NCBI RefSeq assembly: GCF_056712565.1 | Contig: NZ_CM160072.1 | Strand: one strand, 5' to 3' | DNA: 64,000 nucleotides | In this document: positions 36,375 to 49,413 of the stretch, piece by piece | How positions within the stretch are numbered: the first letter of the stretch is position 1 | Layout: each line of letters starts with the position of its first letter | The notes under the pieces: model-generated | Databases searched by the model: none | Seen by the model: only the letters and a program-made list of their open reading frames with translations | What the model was told of the DNA's origin: nothing | Made by a program: the position numbers and the translations under genes

Positions 36375-37445
36375 ATGCGCGTTACCGATTTCTCTTTTGA
36401 ATTGCCCGAATCCCTGATTGCCCACTATCCCATGCCTGAACGCAGTAGCTGTCGTTTACTGTCGCTGGACGGGCCGACGGGCGCGCTGACGCACGGTACT
36501 TTCACCGATTTACTCGATAAGCTCAACCCCGGCGATCTTCTGGTTTTTAATAATACCCGCGTGATCCCGGCGCGCCTGTTTGGGCGTAAAGCCAGCGGCG
36601 GCAAGATTGAAGTGCTGGTTGAGCGGATGCTCGACGAAAAACGCATTCTTGCGCATATTCGCGCCTCGAAAGCGCCAAAACCTGGCGCAGAACTGCTGCT
36701 GGGCGATGACGAAAGTATTAACGCAACGATGACCGCGCGCCACGGCGCACTGTTTGAAGTCGAATTTAATGATGATCGTTCGGTACTGGATATCCTCAAC
36801 AGCATCGGCCATATACCGCTGCCGCCGTATATCGACCGTCCGGACGAAGACGCTGACCGCGAACTTTATCAAACAGTTTATAGCGAAAAACCGGGCGCGG
36901 TTGCAGCTCCGACCGCTGGTCTGCATTTTGACGAGCCTTTGCTGGAAAAATTACGCGCCAAAGGCGTGGAGATGGCGTTTGTGACGTTGCACGTTGGTGC
37001 GGGCACCTTCCAGCCGGTGCGCGTCGACACCATTGAAGATCACATCATGCACTCGGAATACGCTGAAGTGCCGCAGGATGTGGTAGAGGCGGTACTGGCG
37101 GCGAAAGCGCGCGGTAACCGGGTGATTGCGGTTGGTACCACCTCAGTACGTTCGCTGGAAAGTGCGGCTCAGGCAGCGAAAAACGATCTCATTGAACCGT
37201 TCTTTGACGATACCCAAATCTTTATCTATCCGGGCTTCCAGTACAAAGTGGTCGATGCGCTGGTGACGAACTTCCACCTTCCGGAATCGACGCTGATTAT
37301 GCTGGTTTCGGCATTTGCTGGTTATCAACACACCATGAATGCCTATAAAGCGGCGGTAGAAGAGAAATATCGCTTTTTTAGTTACGGTGATGCGATGTTT
37401 ATCACGTACAATCCGCAGGCAATTAATGAGCGCGTTGGGGAGTAA
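36375..37445 (+). CDS. queA: S-adenosylmethionine:tRNA ribosyltransferase-isomerase
   Basis: 356 aa; [29 protein letters not shown]... Confidence 0.96.
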   Translation: MRVTDFSFELPESLIAHYPMPERSSCRLLSLDGPTGALTHGTFTDLLDKLNPGDLLVFNNTRVIPARLFGRKASGGKIEVLVERMLDEKRILAHIRASKAPKPGAELLLGDDESINATMTARHGALFEVEFNDDRSVLDILNSIGHIPLPPYIDRPDEDADRELYQTVYSEKPGAVAAPTAGLHFDEPLLEKLRAKGVEMAFVTLHVGAGTFQPVRVDTIEDHIMHSEYAEVPQDVVEAVLAAKARGNRVIAVGTTSVRSLESAAQAAKNDLIEPFFDDTQIFIYPGFQYKVVDALVTNFHLPESTLIMLVSAFAGYQHTMNAYKAAVEEKYRFFSYGDAMFITYNPQAINERVGE

Positions 37446-37484
37446 TTCCGCGGCGCTGGTTTAAACGTTGGACTGTTTTTCTGA

Positions 37485-38627
<1,143 letters not shown>

Positions 38628-38649
38628 TATTAATAATGAGGGAAATTTA

Positions 38650-38982
38650 ATGAGCTTTTTTATTTCTGATGCGGTAGCGGCAACGGGTGCACCGGCGCAA
38701 GGTAGCCCGATGTCTTTGATTTTGATGCTGGTGGTATTCGGTCTGATTTTCTATTTCATGATCCTGCGTCCACAGCAGAAGCGCACCAAAGAACACAAAA
38801 AGCTGATGGACTCCATCGCTAAAGGTGATGAAGTGCTGACGAACGGTGGCCTGGTCGGTCGCGTAACCAAAGTAGCGGAAAACGGCTACATTGCTATCGC
38901 ACTGAATGACACCACTGAAGTAGTTATTAAACGTGACTTCGTAGCTGCCGTTCTGCCGAAAGGCACCATGAAGGCGCTGTAA
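38650..38982 (+). CDS. yajC: Sec translocon accessory subunit YajC
   Basis: ATG at 38650 gives MSFFISDAVAATGAPAQGSPMSLILMLVVFGLIFYFMILRPQQKR (110 aa). Confidence 0.93.
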   Translation: MSFFISDAVAATGAPAQGSPMSLILMLVVFGLIFYFMILRPQQKRTKEHKKLMDSIAKGDEVLTNGGLVGRVTKVAENGYIAIALNDTTEVVIKRDFVAAVLPKGTMKAL

Positions 38983-39009
38983 TTAAAATTTTTCCCTAAG
39001 GGAATTGCC

Positions 39010-40857
39010 GTGTTAAACCGTTATCCTTTGTGGAAGTACGTCATGCTGATCGTGGTGATTGTCATCGGTCTGCTGTATGCGCTTCCCAACCTGTTTGGTG
39101 AGGATCCGGCTGTTCAGATCACTGGTGCGCGCGGAGTCGCCGCCAGTGAGCAAACGCTGATCCAGGTCCAGAAAACGTTACAAGAAGAAAAAATAACTGC
39201 TAAGTCTGTGGCACTGGAAGAGGGCGCTATTCTTGCGCGCTTCGACTCCACTGACACCCAGCTGCGCGCTCGTGAAGCATTAATGGGCGTTATGGGTGAC
39301 AAATACGTCGTGGCGCTTAACCTTGCCCCGGCAACGCCGCGCTGGCTGGCAGCTATTCATGCTGAGCCGATGAAGCTCGGCCTTGACCTGCGTGGCGGCG
39401 TTCACTTCCTGATGGAAGTGGATATGGACACCGCGCTTGGCAAACTCCAGGAACAAAATATCGATAGCCTGCGCAGCGACCTGCGTGAAAAGGGCATCCC
39501 GTATACCACCGTTCGTAAAGAAAACAACTACGGCCTGAGCATCACTTTCCGCGATGCTAAAGCTCGTGATGAAGCCATTGCGTATCTGAGCAAGCGCCAT
39601 CCGGACCTGGTGATTAGCAGCCAGGGCAGCAACCAGCTGCGTGCGGTAATGAGCGATGCTCGTCTGAGTGAAGCGCGTGAATATGCGGTGCAGCAGAACA
39701 TCAATATCCTGCGTAACCGTGTAAACCAACTTGGCGTGGCGGAGCCGGTGGTTCAGCGTCAGGGTGCTGACCGTATCGTTGTTGAACTGCCAGGTATTCA
39801 GGACACTGCGCGTGCGAAAGAGATTCTGGGTGCGACGGCAACGCTGGAATTCCGTCTGGTAAACACCAACGTTGATCAGGCCGCTGCGGCATCCGGTCGC
39901 GTACCGGGCGACTCTGAAGTGAAACAGACCCGCGAAGGTCAGCCGGTTGTGCTGTACAAACGCGTAATTCTGACCGGTGACCATATCACCGACTCCACTT
40001 CCAGCCAGGACGAATACAACCAGCCGCAGGTTAACATCTCGCTCGATAGCGCGGGTGGTAACATCATGTCTAACTTCACCAAGGACAACATCGGCAAACC
40101 GATGGCAACCCTATTTGTGGAGTACAAAGACAGCGGTAAGAAAGATGCAAACGGTCGTGCGGTTCTGGTGAAACAGGAAGAGGTGATTAATATCGCCAAC
40201 ATCCAGTCTCGTCTGGGTAACAGCTTCCGTATTACTGGCATCAATAACCCAAGCGAAGCGCGTCAGCTTTCACTGCTGCTGCGTGCCGGTGCGTTGATCG
40301 CGCCGATTCAGATTGTTGAAGAACGTACCATTGGCCCAACCCTGGGTATGCAGAACATTGAGCAGGGGCTGGAGGCTTGCCTTGCCGGTCTGCTGGTTTC
40401 TATTCTGTTCATGATCATCTTCTATAAGAAGTTTGGTCTGATTGCGACCAGTGCTCTGATTGCCAACTTGATCTTGATTGTCGGTATTATGTCGCTGTTG
40501 CCAGGCGCAACGCTGAGTATGCCAGGTATCGCGGGTATCGTCTTAACCCTTGCGGTAGCGGTCGATGCGAACGTACTGATCAACGAACGTATTAAAGAAG
40601 AGTTGAGCAACGGACGTACTGTTCAACAGGCAATTGATGAAGGTTATCGTGGCGCATTCAGTTCCATCTTCGATGCGAACATCACCACGCTGATTAAAGT
40701 CATCATCCTGTATGCAGTGGGTACCGGGGCAATTAAAGGGTTCGCGATTACTACCGGTATCGGTGTGGCGACGTCGATGTTTACCGCGATTGTCGGTACG
40801 CGTGCCATCGTAAACCTGCTATATGGCGGCAAGCGCGTCAAGAAGCTGTCAATCTGA
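39010..40857 (+). CDS. secD: protein translocase subunit SecD
   Basis: 615 aa; GTG start; large periplasmic domain between TM1 and the C-terminal TM bundle. Confidence 0.96.
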   Translation: MLNRYPLWKYVMLIVVIVIGLLYALPNLFGEDPAVQITGARGVAASEQTLIQVQKTLQEEKITAKSVALEEGAILARFDSTDTQLRAREALMGVMGDKYVVALNLAPATPRWLAAIHAEPMKLGLDLRGGVHFLMEVDMDTALGKLQEQNIDSLRSDLREKGIPYTTVRKENNYGLSITFRDAKARDEAIAYLSKRHPDLVISSQGSNQLRAVMSDARLSEAREYAVQQNINILRNRVNQLGVAEPVVQRQGADRIVVELPGIQDTARAKEILGATATLEFRLVNTNVDQAAAASGRVPGDSEVKQTREGQPVVLYKRVILTGDHITDSTSSQDEYNQPQVNISLDSAGGNIMSNFTKDNIGKPMATLFVEYKDSGKKDANGRAVLVKQEEVINIANIQSRLGNSFRITGINNPSEARQLSLLLRAGALIAPIQIVEERTIGPTLGMQNIEQGLEACLAGLLVSILFMIIFYKKFGLIATSALIANLILIVGIMSLLPGATLSMPGIAGIVLTLAVAVDANVLINERIKEELSNGRTVQQAIDEGYRGAFSSIFDANITTLIKVIILYAVGTGAIKGFAITTGIGVATSMFTAIVGTRAIVNLLYGGKRVKKLSI

Positions 40858-40867
40858 GGAGTGCGAT

Positions 40868-41839
40868 GTGGCACAGGAATATACTGTTGAACAACTAAAC
40901 CACGGCCGTAAAGTCTATGACTTTATGCGCTGGGACTACTGGGCTTTCGGCATCTCTGGTCTGCTGTTAATCGCCGCTATCGTTATTATGGGCGTGCGCG
41001 GCTTTAACTGGGGGCTGGATTTTACCGGTGGTACGGTTATTGAAATTACGCTCGAAAAACCGGCTGAAATTGACGTAATGCGTGATGCATTGCAAAAAGC
41101 CGGTTTTGAAGAGCCGATGCTGCAAAACTTTGGTAGCAGCCACGACATCATGGTCCGTATGCCGCCTGCTGAAGGCGAAACCGGCGGTCAGGTGTTGGGC
41201 AGCCAGGTTCTGAAGGTGATTAACGAATCCACCAATCAGAATGCGGCAGTGAAGCGTATTGAGTTCGTCGGTCCGAGCGTGGGGGCAGACCTTGCGCAAA
41301 CCGGTGCGATGGCGTTGATGGCGGCGCTGCTGTCTATCCTCGTGTACGTAGGTTTCCGCTTTGAGTGGCGACTGGCGGCAGGGGTTGTTATTGCGCTGGC
41401 GCACGACGTTATCATTACGCTGGGTATTTTGTCGTTATTCCATATCGAGATTGACCTGACCATTGTGGCATCATTGATGTCGGTTATCGGTTACTCGCTT
41501 AACGACAGTATCGTGGTATCGGACCGTATTCGTGAAAACTTCCGCAAGATCCGTCGCGGTACGCCTTACGAAATCTTTAACGTGTCCTTGACCCAGACGC
41601 TGCACCGTACCTTGATCACATCCGGTACTACCTTGATGGTTATCCTGATGCTGTACCTCTTCGGTGGTCCGGTACTGGAAGGCTTCTCGCTGACCATGCT
41701 TATCGGTGTTTCCATCGGTACTGCATCTTCCATCTATGTGGCATCTGCGCTGGCTCTGAAACTGGGTATGAAGCGCGAACACATGTTGCAGCAGAAAGTG
41801 GAAAAAGAAGGGGCGGATCAGCCGTCAATTCTGCCTTAA
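40868..41839 (+). CDS. secF: protein translocase subunit SecF
   Basis: GTG at 40868 gives [31 protein letters not shown]... (323 aa); ORF-track start 40823 would overlap secD. Confidence 0.93.
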
Positions 41840-41860
41840 TCAAGTTTCAGCTGATGTTGA

Positions 41861-41891
41861 AAATCCCGGTAAGAAGATCGGGATTTTTTTT
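41861..41891 (+). terminator. rho-independent terminator after secF
   Basis: AAATCCCG-loop-CGGGATTT followed by TTTTTT. Confidence 0.75.
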
Positions 41892-41968
41892 GATGTAAGG
41901 TGATTGCGAAAATCCCCGCATCTTGGGAAACTGCGCGTAACCCTACATTTCATCCAGGTAACTTTTTC

Positions 41969-42316
41969 ATGGCTATCATCCCAAAAAACTATGCGCGGTT
42001 AGAAAGCGACTATCGCGAAAAAGCATTAAAAATCTATCCGTGGGTCTGCGGTCGCTGTTCCCGCGAGTTTGTTTATTCCAACCTGCGTGAACTTACCGTT
42101 CACCACATTGATCACGACCATACTAATAACCCGGAAGATGGCAGTAACTGGGAATTACTTTGTCTCTATTGCCACGATCATGAGCATTCGAAATACACCG
42201 AAGCGGATCAGTATGGTACGACCGTTATCGCAGGGGAAGATGCGCAGAAAGATGTCGGTGAAGCGAAGTACAACCCATTCGCTGATTTGAAAGCGATGAT
42301 GAACAAGAAGAAGTGA
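41969..42316 (+). CDS. yajD: small HNH-nuclease-family protein YajD
   Basis: ATG at 41969 gives MAIIPKNYARLESDYREKALKIYPWVCGRCS...HHIDHDHTNNPEDGSNWELLCLYCHDHEH (115 aa): HNH His-rich core between two Cys pairs. Confidence 0.85.
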   Translation: MAIIPKNYARLESDYREKALKIYPWVCGRCSREFVYSNLRELTVHHIDHDHTNNPEDGSNWELLCLYCHDHEHSKYTEADQYGTTVIAGEDAQKDVGEAKYNPFADLKAMMNKKK

Positions 42317-42350
42317 TAAAAAATGCCGGATATGAAATCCGGCATTCTCA
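42317..42350. terminator. bidirectional terminator hairpin between convergent yajD and tsx
   Basis: AATGCCGGAT-loop-ATCCGGCATT perfect 10-bp stem flanked by A-run upstream and T-rich downstream. Confidence 0.7.
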
Positions 42351-42353
42351 CAA

Positions 42354-43238
42354 TTAGAAGTTGTAACCTACTACCAGATAACCACCCCAGCCGGTAGAGC
42401 GAACGTTGAAGTTGCCGTTGCCGAAGTTCAGTTCTGCATCGTCATTCCACTGACCACCGTTATGCCAGTAACGGGCAACGACAGAGTAGTGCCAGTGATC
42501 GTAATTCAGCGCCAGAATATGGCTGGACGCAATAGAGTTATTGGTACGTGTTTTAATACCGTTGTTCGCATAACCGCTGTCATCGCCCAGGTCGGAACCC
42601 CAGTCGAAGTTGGTGAAGCCGATGTAGCTCAACTGGCCGCCCCACAGATCGGTAATCGGCACAAAGTACTTCACTTTGAAACGGTAACCGTCCCACTCGT
42701 TTTCGTTCGCTGCGCCGTAGTTCTGCCACTGGTATTTCGCATAGACGTTCATGGACAGGCTCATCGGCAGACCAGTATCGATGTCGGTACCCAGACCCAT
42801 GTACCAGGTGCTCTGGCGGCCATCTTTATTACGACCCATGTCGTAAATGTAGTTGTTCGCGAAGTACCACTCTTTGAACGGACCGAAGCTAAGGTCAGTA
42901 TTGGTCAGCTTGTCAATGGAGAAACGCGGTTCGATTTCCATAAACAGCGGAGAACCGTGGTTCCAGATACCTTTTGCATCGGAGTTACCGCCGAAGAATA
43001 CCGGCGCATCCGCATAACCATAGAAGTCGAACCAGTCTTTTTTAGCGAATGCTTCGTACTCAAGGTAGGTATCGTTGCGGAGCTGCGGTCCGAAACGGGT
43101 GTGATAGCTTCCGACAACGTTAACGCTCTGGTGCCACCAGTCGGAAAGATACTGCGGTTTGTCGTTTTCAGCTGCGTTGACAGTAAAAGACGAAGAGAGC
43201 GCCAGTACCGCACCGGCTGCCAGTAATGTTTTTTTCAT
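42354..43238 (-). CDS. tsx: nucleoside-specific outer-membrane channel Tsx
   Basis: Start at 43238 gives [22 protein letters not shown] signal peptide; C-terminal ...YLVVGYNF beta-barrel signature. Confidence 0.95.
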   Translation of the reverse strand: MKKTLLAAGAVLALSSSFTVNAAENDKPQYLSDWWHQSVNVVGSYHTRFGPQLRNDTYLEYEAFAKKDWFDFYGYADAPVFFGGNSDAKGIWNHGSPLFMEIEPRFSIDKLTNTDLSFGPFKEWYFANNYIYDMGRNKDGRQSTWYMGLGTDIDTGLPMSLSMNVYAKYQWQNYGAANENEWDGYRFKVKYFVPITDLWGGQLSYIGFTNFDWGSDLGDDSGYANNGIKTRTNNSIASSHILALNYDHWHYSVVARYWHNGGQWNDDAELNFGNGNFNVRSTGWGGYLVVGYNF

Positions 43239-43535
43239 ATGTATGCCACTGTTTGAAAATCCCTTGCGGGAGTGAAAAAGGCGCAAATTGCGTTTCTAAA
43301 TATTTCGTATACAGAGGAGCCTATTATAAAAATCATTGCTCACAAAAATATGTTTCGTTTCACAGTTCTATCATTTACGTAATCGATTGCGTTCACGTTT
43401 ACACACATTCGGGCGGGGATTGTACTGACTTTCACCCTTGTTGCAAACTTTTACTATCAATCCAGGTGATGTAAGCGGAGTAACAAAATGACGGGGAAGA
43501 TGTTGCGGGACGCACAATATCGCCCCGCAATACGT

Positions 43536-44075
43536 TTACTGCATAACAGGTTGAATGTCGTGGATACGTACAAAGCCTAACTGATCCACAGACATACCCT
43601 TTAACTGTAACGGAATATCAACATCGCTGGGGGCGAGGACGCTGGCAGGTGCGTTAATCAATTGATTCTGCACATTGATTTCCTGAAAGTTGTCTATTGT
43701 TCCCTGAATTTGCCCATATTCAACGGTTCCGCTGAATGCGGGTAAAGGGTCATTAGATTCGCCCTGAATACGTAGCGTCAGGGTGGTGCCATCTGTATCA
43801 GGCGTAATATTCACCAGCGACATACGTAAAGTACCGATCTGGCTTTCCAGTCTTGCTGGTGTTTTTGCTCCAGGCAGAAGGTAAACCCCACTGCTGGATT
43901 TTGCATTCAGCCTGTTTTGCTGAGTGATTTTGACCGTTTCTTTATTGAGCTGCGTCATCTCCTGGTTCAGCGTGCTGACGCTGTGTTTCATCTGTCGCAC
44001 TTCACTTTGCTGCACACAGGCGCTAAGGCTGAACAGGCTTCCCAGCAGGAGCAGTCGAAAAACGTTAGTATTCAT
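43536..44075 (-). CDS. yajI: lipoprotein YajI
   Basis: Start at 44075 gives MNTNVFRLLLLGSLFSLSACVQQ (lipobox LSAC); 179 aa. Confidence 0.88.
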   Translation of the reverse strand: MNTNVFRLLLLGSLFSLSACVQQSEVRQMKHSVSTLNQEMTQLNKETVKITQQNRLNAKSSSGVYLLPGAKTPARLESQIGTLRMSLVNITPDTDGTTLTLRIQGESNDPLPAFSGTVEYGQIQGTIDNFQEINVQNQLINAPASVLAPSDVDIPLQLKGMSVDQLGFVRIHDIQPVMQ

Positions 44076-44189
44076 AGGTCGTCCCTTTCTCGTCGCAATT
44101 AGCCTAATGGTAGAGGGTAAAAGCAGTGAAAGCATCGATCCTTTATCTCAAAAGCGTTGCGCCTTTGTTGTATCGTCAGTTCAGGGTAA

Positions 44190-44675
<486 letters not shown>

Positions 44676-44678
44676 GCC

Positions 44679-45782
44679 GTGCAGGACGAGTATTACATGG
44701 CGCGGGCGCTAAAGCTGGCGCAACGAGGACGTTTTACCACGCATCCCAACCCGAATGTCGGGTGCGTCATTGTCAAAGATGGCGAAATTGTCGGTGAAGG
44801 TTACCATCAACGCGCGGGTGAACCGCATGCCGAGGTACAGGCGTTGCGCATGGCCGGCGAAAAAGCCAAAGGCGCAACGGCGTATGTCACACTCGAACCC
44901 TGTAGCCATCATGGTCGTACGCCACCGTGTTGTGATGCATTAATTGCTGCGGGCGTGGCGCGCGTGGTTGCTGCAATGCAAGACCCCAATCCGCAGGTCG
45001 CTGGACGTGGACTTTACCGTTTGCAACAGGCTGGCATTGACGTCAGCCACGGGCTGATGATGAGTGAAGCTGAGCAATTGAATAAAGGCTTTCTCAAGCG
45101 GATGCGCACCGGCTTTCCTTATATTCAGTTAAAACTTGGCGCATCGCTTGATGGTCGCACGGCGATGGCGAGTGGCGAAAGCCAGTGGATCACTTCACCT
45201 CAGGCGCGACGCGACGTACAACGACTGCGCGCGCAAAGTCATGCCATTTTAACCAGCAGCGCCACGGTGCTGGCGGATGATCCAGCCTTAACAGTGCGTT
45301 GGTCTGAACTGGATGAACAAACTCAGGGGCTCTACCCGCAACAAAATCTCCGTCAGCCAGTACGTATTGTGATTGATAGCCAAAATCGCGTGACGCCGGA
45401 ACATCGCATTGTGCAGCAGCCCGGCGAAACCTGGTTCGCGCGTACGCAGGAAGATTCTCGTGAGTGGCCGGAAACGGTGCGTACCTTGCTGATTCCAGAG
45501 CATAAAGGTCACCTGGATCTGGTTGTACTAATGATGCAACTGGGTAAACAGCAGATTAACAGCATCTGGGTGGAAGCGGGGCCAACGCTCGCTGGCGCAT
45601 TGCTACAGGCGGGTTTAGTCGATGAGCTGATTGTCTATATCGCACCTAAACTATTAGGCAACGACGCCCGTGGATTATGCACGCTGCCAGGGCTTGAGAA
45701 ATTAGCCGACGCTCCCCAATTTAAATTCAAAGAGATACGTCATGTAGGCCCGGATGTTTGCCTGCATTTAGTGGGTGCATGA
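44679..45782 (+). CDS. ribD: bifunctional riboflavin biosynthesis deaminase/reductase RibD
   Basis: 367 aa; deaminase zinc motifs HAE and PCxxC; starts 3 bp after nrdR stop. Confidence 0.95.
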   Translation: MQDEYYMARALKLAQRGRFTTHPNPNVGCVIVKDGEIVGEGYHQRAGEPHAEVQALRMAGEKAKGATAYVTLEPCSHHGRTPPCCDALIAAGVARVVAAMQDPNPQVAGRGLYRLQQAGIDVSHGLMMSEAEQLNKGFLKRMRTGFPYIQLKLGASLDGRTAMASGESQWITSPQARRDVQRLRAQSHAILTSSATVLADDPALTVRWSELDEQTQGLYPQQNLRQPVRIVIDSQNRVTPEHRIVQQPGETWFARTQEDSREWPETVRTLLIPEHKGHLDLVVLMMQLGKQQINSIWVEAGPTLAGALLQAGLVDELIVYIAPKLLGNDARGLCTLPGLEKLADAPQFKFKEIRHVGPDVCLHLVGA

Positions 45783-45870
45783 TCTCCCGGCTCGAAAGGG
45801 AAGCAGCGCACGAAATATTATGCTAAAATCCGCCCCCCTGCGGGGCCATACTCGAACCCGAAGGAAGAAA

Positions 45871-46341
45871 ATGAACATTATTGAAGCTAACGTTGCTACC
45901 CCGGACGCTCGCGTCGCCATCACCATCGCGCGTTTCAACAACTTTATCAATGACAGCCTGCTGGAAGGTGCAATTGACGCACTGAAACGTATCGGTCAGG
46001 TAAAAGATGAAAACATTACCATTGTTTGGGTGCCAGGTGCCTATGAGCTGCCGCTGGCGGCGGGTGCACTGGCTAAAACCGGTAAATACGACGCGGTGAT
46101 TGCGCTGGGTACGGTTATTCGTGGTGGCACTGCCCACTTTGAATATGTCGCTGGTGGTGCAAGCAACGGCCTGGCGCATGTTGCCCAGGACAGCGAAATT
46201 CCGGTTGCTTTTGGTGTTCTGACCACTGAAAGCATTGAACAAGCGATCGAACGTGCTGGCACCAAAGCTGGCAACAAAGGTGCAGAAGCTGCACTGACCG
46301 CGCTTGAAATGATTAATGTATTGAAAGCCATCAAGGCCTGA
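45871..46341 (+). CDS. ribE: 6,7-dimethyl-8-ribityllumazine synthase
   Basis: ATG at 45871 after AAGGAAG gives [38 protein letters not shown] (156 aa); ORF-track start 45775 rejected. Confidence 0.95.
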   Translation: MNIIEANVATPDARVAITIARFNNFINDSLLEGAIDALKRIGQVKDENITIVWVPGAYELPLAAGALAKTGKYDAVIALGTVIRGGTAHFEYVAGGASNGLAHVAQDSEIPVAFGVLTTESIEQAIERAGTKAGNKGAEAALTALEMINVLKAIKA

Positions 46342-46360
46342 AATTAGTAAGGGGAAATCC

Positions 46361-46780
46361 GTGAAACCTGCTGCTCGTCGCCGCGCTCGTGAGTGTGCCG
46401 TCCAGGCGCTCTACTCCTGGCAGTTGTCCCAGAACGACATCGCTGATGTTGAATACCAGTTCCTGGCTGAACAGGATGTAAAAGACGTTGACGTCCTGTA
46501 CTTCCGTGAGCTGCTGGCCGGGGTGGCGACTAACACCGCATACCTCGACGGACTGATGAAGCCGTACCTGTCCCGTCTGCTGGAAGAACTGGGCCAGGTA
46601 GAAAAAGCAGTACTGCGCATTGCGCTGTACGAGCTGTCTAAACGTAGCGATGTGCCATACAAAGTGGCCATTAACGAAGCGATCGAACTGGCGAAATCGT
46701 TCGGCGCAGAAGACAGCCATAAGTTCGTCAACGGCGTACTCGATAAAGCAGCACCTGTGATTCGCCCTAACAAAAAGTAA
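46361..46780 (+). CDS. nusB: transcription antitermination factor NusB
   Basis: 139 aa; [35 protein letters not shown]... Confidence 0.96.
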
Positions 46781-46857
46781 TATCCAGGCCGGTAGATTCA
46801 CGGAAGACCGTTCCGCGATCGCCGGCCTTTTCTTTTTTACCTGCTGAGGCGTAACGT

Positions 46858-47835
46858 ATGGCATGTGGCGAGTTCTCCCTGATTGCCCGTTATTTTGACC
46901 GTGTAAGAAGTTCTCGTCTTGATGTCGAACTGGGCATCGGCGACGATTGCGCTCTTCTCAATATCCCCGAGAAACAGACCCTGGCGATCAGCACTGATAC
47001 GCTGGTGGCGGGCAACCACTTCCTCCCTGATATCGATCCTGCTGATCTGGCTTATAAAGCACTGGCGGTGAACCTAAGCGATCTGGCAGCGATGGGGGCC
47101 GATCCGGCCTGGCTGACGCTGGCATTAACCTTACCGGACGTAGACGAAGCGTGGCTTGAGTCCTTCAGCGACAGCTTGTTTGATCTTCTCAATTATTACG
47201 ATATGCAACTCATTGGCGGCGATACCACGCGTGGGCCATTATCAATGACGTTGGGTATCCACGGCTTTGTTCCGATGGGACGAGCCTTAACGCGCTCTGG
47301 GGCGAAACCGGGTGACTGGATCTATGTGACCGGTACACCGGGCGATAGCGCTGCCGGGCTGGCGATTTTGCAAAACCGTTTGCAGGTTGCCGATGCTAAA
47401 GATGCGGACTACTTGATCAAACGTCATCTCCGTCCGTCGCCGCGTATTTTACAGGGGCAGGCACTGCGCGATCTGGCAAATTCAGCTATCGATCTCTCTG
47501 ACGGTCTGATTTCCGATCTCGGGCATATCGTGAAAGCCAGCGACTGCGGCGCACGTATTGACCTGGCATTGCTGCCGTTTTCTGATGCGCTTTCTCGCCA
47601 TGTTGAACCGGAACAGGCGCTGCGCTGGGCGCTCTCTGGCGGTGAAGATTACGAGTTGTGTTTCACGGTGCCGGAACTGAACCGTGGCGCGCTGGATGTG
47701 GCTCTCGGACACCTGGGCGTACCGTTTACCTGTATCGGGCAAATGACCGCCGATATCGAAGGGCTTTGTTTTATTCGTGACGGCGAACCTGTCACGTTAG
47801 ACTGGAAAGGATATGACCATTTTGCCACGCCATAA
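46858..47835 (+). CDS. thiL: thiamine-monophosphate kinase
   Basis: 325 aa; [34 protein letters not shown]... Confidence 0.94.
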
Positions 47836-48331
47836 AGATGTCGCGAAAAGTCGCCTGAAAATGAGTAATCCGTGGCATCTGCTTGCTGTCGGATTCGGAA
47901 GTGGATTAAGCCCGATCGTTCCTGGCACGATGGGGTCGCTGGCGGCGATTCCCTTCTGGTATCTGATGACTTTTTTGCCCTGGCAGCTCTATTCGCTGGT
48001 GGTAATGCTGGGGATCTGTATCGGCGTCTATCTTTGTCATCAAACGGCGAAAGACATGGGCGTGCACGATCACGGCAGTATTGTCTGGGACGAATTTATT
48101 GGTATGTGGATTACGCTCATGGCGCTGCCGACCAATGACTGGCAGTGGGTTACCGCCGGATTTGTGATTTTCCGTATTCTGGATATGTGGAAGCCGTGGC
48201 CGATCCGCTGGTTTGATCGCAATGTACATGGCGGCATGGGGATCATGATTGACGATATTGTCGCCGGGGTGATCTCCGCTGGCATCCTGTATTTTATCGG
48301 TCATCACTGGCCGCTGGGTATTCTGTCGTAG
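47813..48331 (+). CDS. pgpA: phosphatidylglycerophosphatase A
   Basis: 172 aa membrane protein; [32 protein letters not shown]...; overlaps thiL 3' end by 23 nt. Confidence 0.93.
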
Positions 48332-48340
48332 TTGTGCACC

Positions 48341-48380
48341 GATGCCTGATGTGACGCTTGTCACGTCTCATCAGGCCTGC
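48341..48380. repeat. REP element between convergent pgpA and yajO
   Basis: GATGCCTGATGTGACGCTTGTCACGTCTCATCAGGCCTGC palindrome. Confidence 0.7.
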
Positions 48381-48384
48381 ATAC

Positions 48385-49359
48385 CTATTTAAATCCTACG
48401 ACCGGATGCGGTTTATACGGCGTTTCCAGCTCGGCGATCTGTTCCGGCTTCAAGGTGATATCCACCGCGTTTAGCAGTTCATCAAGCTGTTCCTCCCGAG
48501 AAGTTCCGATAATCGGTGCGGCAATGCCCGGTTTACTCAACAACCAGGCCAGCGCAACTTGTGCTCGCGTTGCACCAAGTTCTTCACTGACGCCCGTTAA
48601 GCGTTCTACAATTTGTGCGTCATTTTCATTGCTTTCTTGGTAGAGATTTTTCCCCACTTCATCCGACACCAGCCGTGCGGTGGTTTCTCCCCAAGGACGC
48701 GTCAGACGGCCCCGCGCCAGCGGGCTCCATGGAATCACCGCTACGCCTTCCTGATAACACAGCGGCAGCATCTCGCGCTCTTCTTCACGATAAATCAGAT
48801 TGTAGTGATCCTGCATACTGACAAACTGCGCCCAGCCGTGCTGTTTTTGTAGTTCCAGTGCTTGAGCAAACTGCGAAGCGTGCATGGATGACGCGCCGAT
48901 ATAACGCGCTTTCCCGGCTTTTACCACGTCGTTCAGGGCTTCCAGCGTCTCTTCGATCGGCGTGTTGTAATCCCAGCGATGAATTTGCAGGATATCGACA
49001 TAATCCATGCCGAGACGGCGCAGGCTGTCGTCGATAGAGCGCAAAATTTGTGCACGGGATAATCCTTCCGGTAAATCACCAACGCGATGGAACACTTTGG
49101 TCGCAACGACCACGTCTTCACGACGGGCGAAATCCCGCAGTGCGCGACCGACGATCTCTTCGCTGCTGCCATCGGAATAGCTATTGGCGGTGTCAAAGAA
49201 ATTTATGCCGCCTTCCAGCGCACGTTTAATGATGGGACGGCTGCTCTCTTCCGGCAGTGTCCATGCGTGATTACCGCGATCTGGCTCGCCAAAGGTCATA
49301 CAGCCGAGGCAAAGTCGGGAAACACGAAGGTCGGTTTTTCCTAAGGGGTTGTATTGCAT
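48385..49359 (-). CDS. yajO: aldo-keto reductase YajO
   Basis: 324 aa; MQYNPLGKTDLRVSRLCLGCMTFGEPDRGNHAWTLPEESS... Confidence 0.93.
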   Translation of the reverse strand: MQYNPLGKTDLRVSRLCLGCMTFGEPDRGNHAWTLPEESSRPIIKRALEGGINFFDTANSYSDGSSEEIVGRALRDFARREDVVVATKVFHRVGDLPEGLSRAQILRSIDDSLRRLGMDYVDILQIHRWDYNTPIEETLEALNDVVKAGKARYIGASSMHASQFAQALELQKQHGWAQFVSMQDHYNLIYREEEREMLPLCYQEGVAVIPWSPLARGRLTRPWGETTARLVSDEVGKNLYQESNENDAQIVERLTGVSEELGATRAQVALAWLLSKPGIAAPIIGTSREEQLDELLNAVDITLKPEQIAELETPYKPHPVVGFK

Positions 49360-49413
49360 GCTGCCACTCCTGCCATGAATAATTTCTTAAGCATAGCAGG
49401 AGTAGAGTAGGGA

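Noticed and set aside
45783-45870. GC-rich hairpin (GCCCC...GGGGC) in the ribD-ribE spacer as a possible riboswitch or attenuator
   Set aside because: Short stem with no U-tract and no recognisable FMN-riboswitch conserved segments; most likely just spacer with an internal promoter-like TATGCTAAAAT.
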